DNA of 56,372 nt from a virus (lineage: Duplodnaviria; Caudoviricetes): positions 1 through 56,372 of the IMG/VR virus record IMGVR_UViG_3300034111_001022. One strand, 5' to 3'. A model generated the notes under the pieces. It saw nothing but the letters and a program-made list of their open reading frames with translations. It searched no databases and was not told where the DNA came from. Below are positions 54,369 through 56,372 of the stretch, one piece after another. Made by a program: the position numbers and the translations under genes. The stretch's first letter is position 1. Each line of letters opens with the position of its first letter.

Positions 54369-55283
54369 TTAGATACCAGCTGTACCGTAAGCGGCACGAG
54401 GATCTGTCCAACCTAGGCTATAACGCTCTGTTGCTTTGTAGCGCATAGAATCAGTTTCAAAGTCCCCTTCCATCGATTTTTCTAAACCACGACGCATAAC
54501 GATTTTCAAGCCTTCTGGCGCGTCTGTTTTCACCCACCAAGCGGTGTTTGAAGTCAAACGAGACATGTTAGCTTGACCACCAGATAATAGACCCATTGAT
54601 TTAATCGGGTTCAAGTCGTTGTCTGCAGTACCAGCTTTTAATACGCTGTTTAGCAATACTTCACCTTGGAACACGTTAGATGGGCTTAATACTAGTTTTT
54701 GTGGTACTAAACGGATACGTTTACCGTTGTTGTCCACTGCCTGACGGATTTGAATCAACATTTGTTCCAATGATGTTTGTGACAAAGCAGCTGCAGTAGT
54801 TAACTGGTTGCTGAATGTACCATTCACGATTGGGTGTGAAGCGTTGATTAATGAAACACCGTCGCCACCAGCGTAAGCGTTGTTGAATGAGTTATTCAAC
54901 ACGTTAGCTGCTAAGGTCTCTTTTGTCTCAACCAAAGATTGAGCTAAATGACGAGCGTATGTTTGACCGATACGGATATGGTCACCGTCTTCTACCAAGA
55001 CTTTAGTCAAGGCAAAAGCTAGGCCATATACTTTGTACCAGTAGCGTTGTGCGAATAACACACCACCAGATTGGTAAGTAACTGCCATACCGTCTGGTAA
55101 TTCAGGTGCTGCACCAAAGCCGTACAATACAGGCTCTTCGTGGTAGTTACGTTTGATACCTTGAACCTCATCAAACACGCCTTTCCACTCGTCAGCACGT
55201 TGGCTGTAAATACCGTCAAAACTTTCGTTAAGGATCGGCTCAACAATGGACCTAAAGTCCGTACTTCTCATTGGGGTTGCCAT
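54369..55283 (-). CDS. Major capsid protein
   Basis: 304 aa; EPILN..F, LAQSLVETKE..AANVLN, DGVSL...HP, RYKATERYS.GW.DPR; followed by a strong hairpin. Confidence 0.85.
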   Translation of the reverse strand: MATPMRSTDFRSIVEPILNESFDGIYSQRADEWKGVFDEVQGIKRNYHEEPVLYGFGAAPELPDGMAVTYQSGGVLFAQRYWYKVYGLAFALTKVLVEDGDHIRIGQTYARHLAQSLVETKETLAANVLNNSFNNAYAGGDGVSLINASHPIVNGTFSNQLTTAAALSQTSLEQMLIQIRQAVDNNGKRIRLVPQKLVLSPSNVFQGEVLLNSVLKAGTADNDLNPIKSMGLLSGGQANMSRLTSNTAWWVKTDAPEGLKIVMRRGLEKSMEGDFETDSMRYKATERYSLGWTDPRAAYGTAGI

Positions 55284-55296
55284 TTGTCAGACCTCC

Positions 55297-55902
55297 TTAG
55301 ATTGATGCTGTTGGATACTTGTAAGCGTGCTCGTTGAAACGAACGTACGCAACAACATAAGCATCTGTTAGCGATTGGTTAATATTAGTAGCGAAGCCAG
55401 TGATTTGGAACTGACCAGTACCTGAACCTTCGATGGCGCCTAAATAAGCGTCTGAAAGACCTGTACGAGTTGAACCACCTGGAGCTGTGAAACCAGCCCA
55501 GTCACATTGTTCACCAACGGCTGTTTGAACTGAGTCTGTACCAGCTGTGCCTGGATTTGTGTACTGAGCTTCAAACAATGTTTCTGGATCGTCAAACACG
55601 TAAGCAGTGACGTCAGTAGCAGTAGTACCACCAATCCAGTATGGAGAGATAGACGGTTTGCCAGTTGAATCACGGTACTCAACACCAGCTAGTGTACCCA
55701 ATAAGGTAACACCACCAGTAGTGCCTGTACGTGTACCGTCGGTAGTACCCAATTGGATAACACCGTCGTTTGTTAACTTAACAGGATCATTTGAAAAAAT
55801 GTTCGTTGCGTAAGTTGATGCAATTGTATAAGCTTTCGGACGAATCTGACCACTGTTGTGGAAAGAAGGGCGGAAGCCAAAAGGTGCGCTTGTTGAAGGC
55901 AT
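55297..55902 (-). CDS. Capsid-associated (cement/minor capsid) protein
   Basis: APFGFRP, IFSNDPV, DDPETLFE; immediately upstream of capsid gene. Confidence 0.65.
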   Translation of the reverse strand: MPSTSAPFGFRPSFHNSGQIRPKAYTIASTYATNIFSNDPVKLTNDGVIQLGTTDGTRTGTTGGVTLLGTLAGVEYRDSTGKPSISPYWIGGTTATDVTAYVFDDPETLFEAQYTNPGTAGTDSVQTAVGEQCDWAGFTAPGGSTRTGLSDAYLGAIEGSGTGQFQITGFATNINQSLTDAYVVAYVRFNEHAYKYPTASI

Positions 55903-55928
55903 CTTAATACTCCTTAAAAAAAATAAAG

Positions 55929-56372
55929 TTAGGTCAAGTCAAATTGAGCTCGACCAGCATTTTTCCTCAAGTCTTGTGTACCATCACCTTCATATAGACG
56001 ACTGCCGGTAGTTTCTGCGTCGCGTTTAAGGAACTCGGAAGTATCCGTCAACTTTTCTAGCTCACGCAAAGGTGCATCGTGGTGCGCCTCTTGCATGTAC
56101 TTCTCATAAAGAGAAAGTGGTAGCTTGAATGCGAGCATTTCATTAACCCCAATAAAGCCAATCCAATCACCTGTTTTAACAGACGTTGATTCCCAGCCAG
56201 GAATGTCTTCTGGCTTAATGGCTTCGTAACCCAACCGCATACGCATATTAATCGTATCTCTTGGGTTTGTAGTGGTCAACCAGCATACGTGGTATCCAGG
56301 TATTTTTGGTAGATCAGGAAGTGAAGATTGAAAGAACTGTTGCCGAAATATATCTAGACGGTCTGCATCCGA
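55929..56372 (-). CDS. Head-module protein, 5'-truncated by the window edge
   Basis: Frame open from 56372 (SDADRLDIFRQQFFQSSLPDLPKIPGYHVCWLTTTNPRD...). Confidence 0.75.
   Translation of the reverse strand, partial: SDADRLDIFRQQFFQSSLPDLPKIPGYHVCWLTTTNPRDTINMRMRLGYEAIKPEDIPGWESTSVKTGDWIGFIGVNEMLAFKLPLSLYEKYMQEAHHDAPLRELEKLTDTSEFLKRDAETTGSRLYEGDGTQDLRKNAGRAQFDLT

Larger units (their letters stand above)
1..56372. mobile_element. Near-complete tailed dsDNA bacteriophage genome (podovirus-like, probably lytic), circularly permuted
   Basis: Terminase, portal, capsid, tail, lysis and replication modules all present; no bacterial housekeeping genes; one gene appears split across the two window ends. 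Confidence 0.95.

Noticed and set aside
1-56372. Prophage or temperate lifestyle, tRNA genes, or stop-codon reassignment
   Set aside because: No integrase, CI-like repressor, host flanks or tRNA cloverleaf recognised; genes are intact in the standard code

Overview
The window is essentially a whole, circularly permuted genome of a tailed dsDNA phage with podovirus-like architecture and a Gram-negative-type lysis cassette. I found no integrase, tRNA, CRISPR array or reverse transcriptase. Minus strand: packaging and head genes (terS, terL, portal, GroES-like, scaffold-like, major capsid), tail adaptor/nozzle genes, a roughly 10.5 kb array of tail-fibre/adhesin genes, lysis genes, and three large ejection-type proteins. 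Plus strand: small early genes behind three copies of an 88-bp promoter/operator/RBS cassette, and a replication module (Cas4-like exonuclease, SSB, family-B-like polymerase, C5 methyltransferase, VRR-NUC, SNF2 helicase) divergent from a Cro-like gene and a primase-helicase. The most striking unexplained signal is a peptide motif, consensus [FYLM]-A-[EKG]-G-G-x-V, present about 21 times in five probable virion-internal proteins. It sits at junctions between unrelated modules, suggesting a polyprotein-processing or capsid-loading tag system for swappable cargo domains. Other notable items: an overprinted gene inside the methyltransferase, an RNA pseudoknot after the capsid gene, a 7x138-bp repeat beta-propeller adhesin, and a secreted Cys-rich gene trio in the lysis region. 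All product calls are by motif recognition by eye; no database searches were run.
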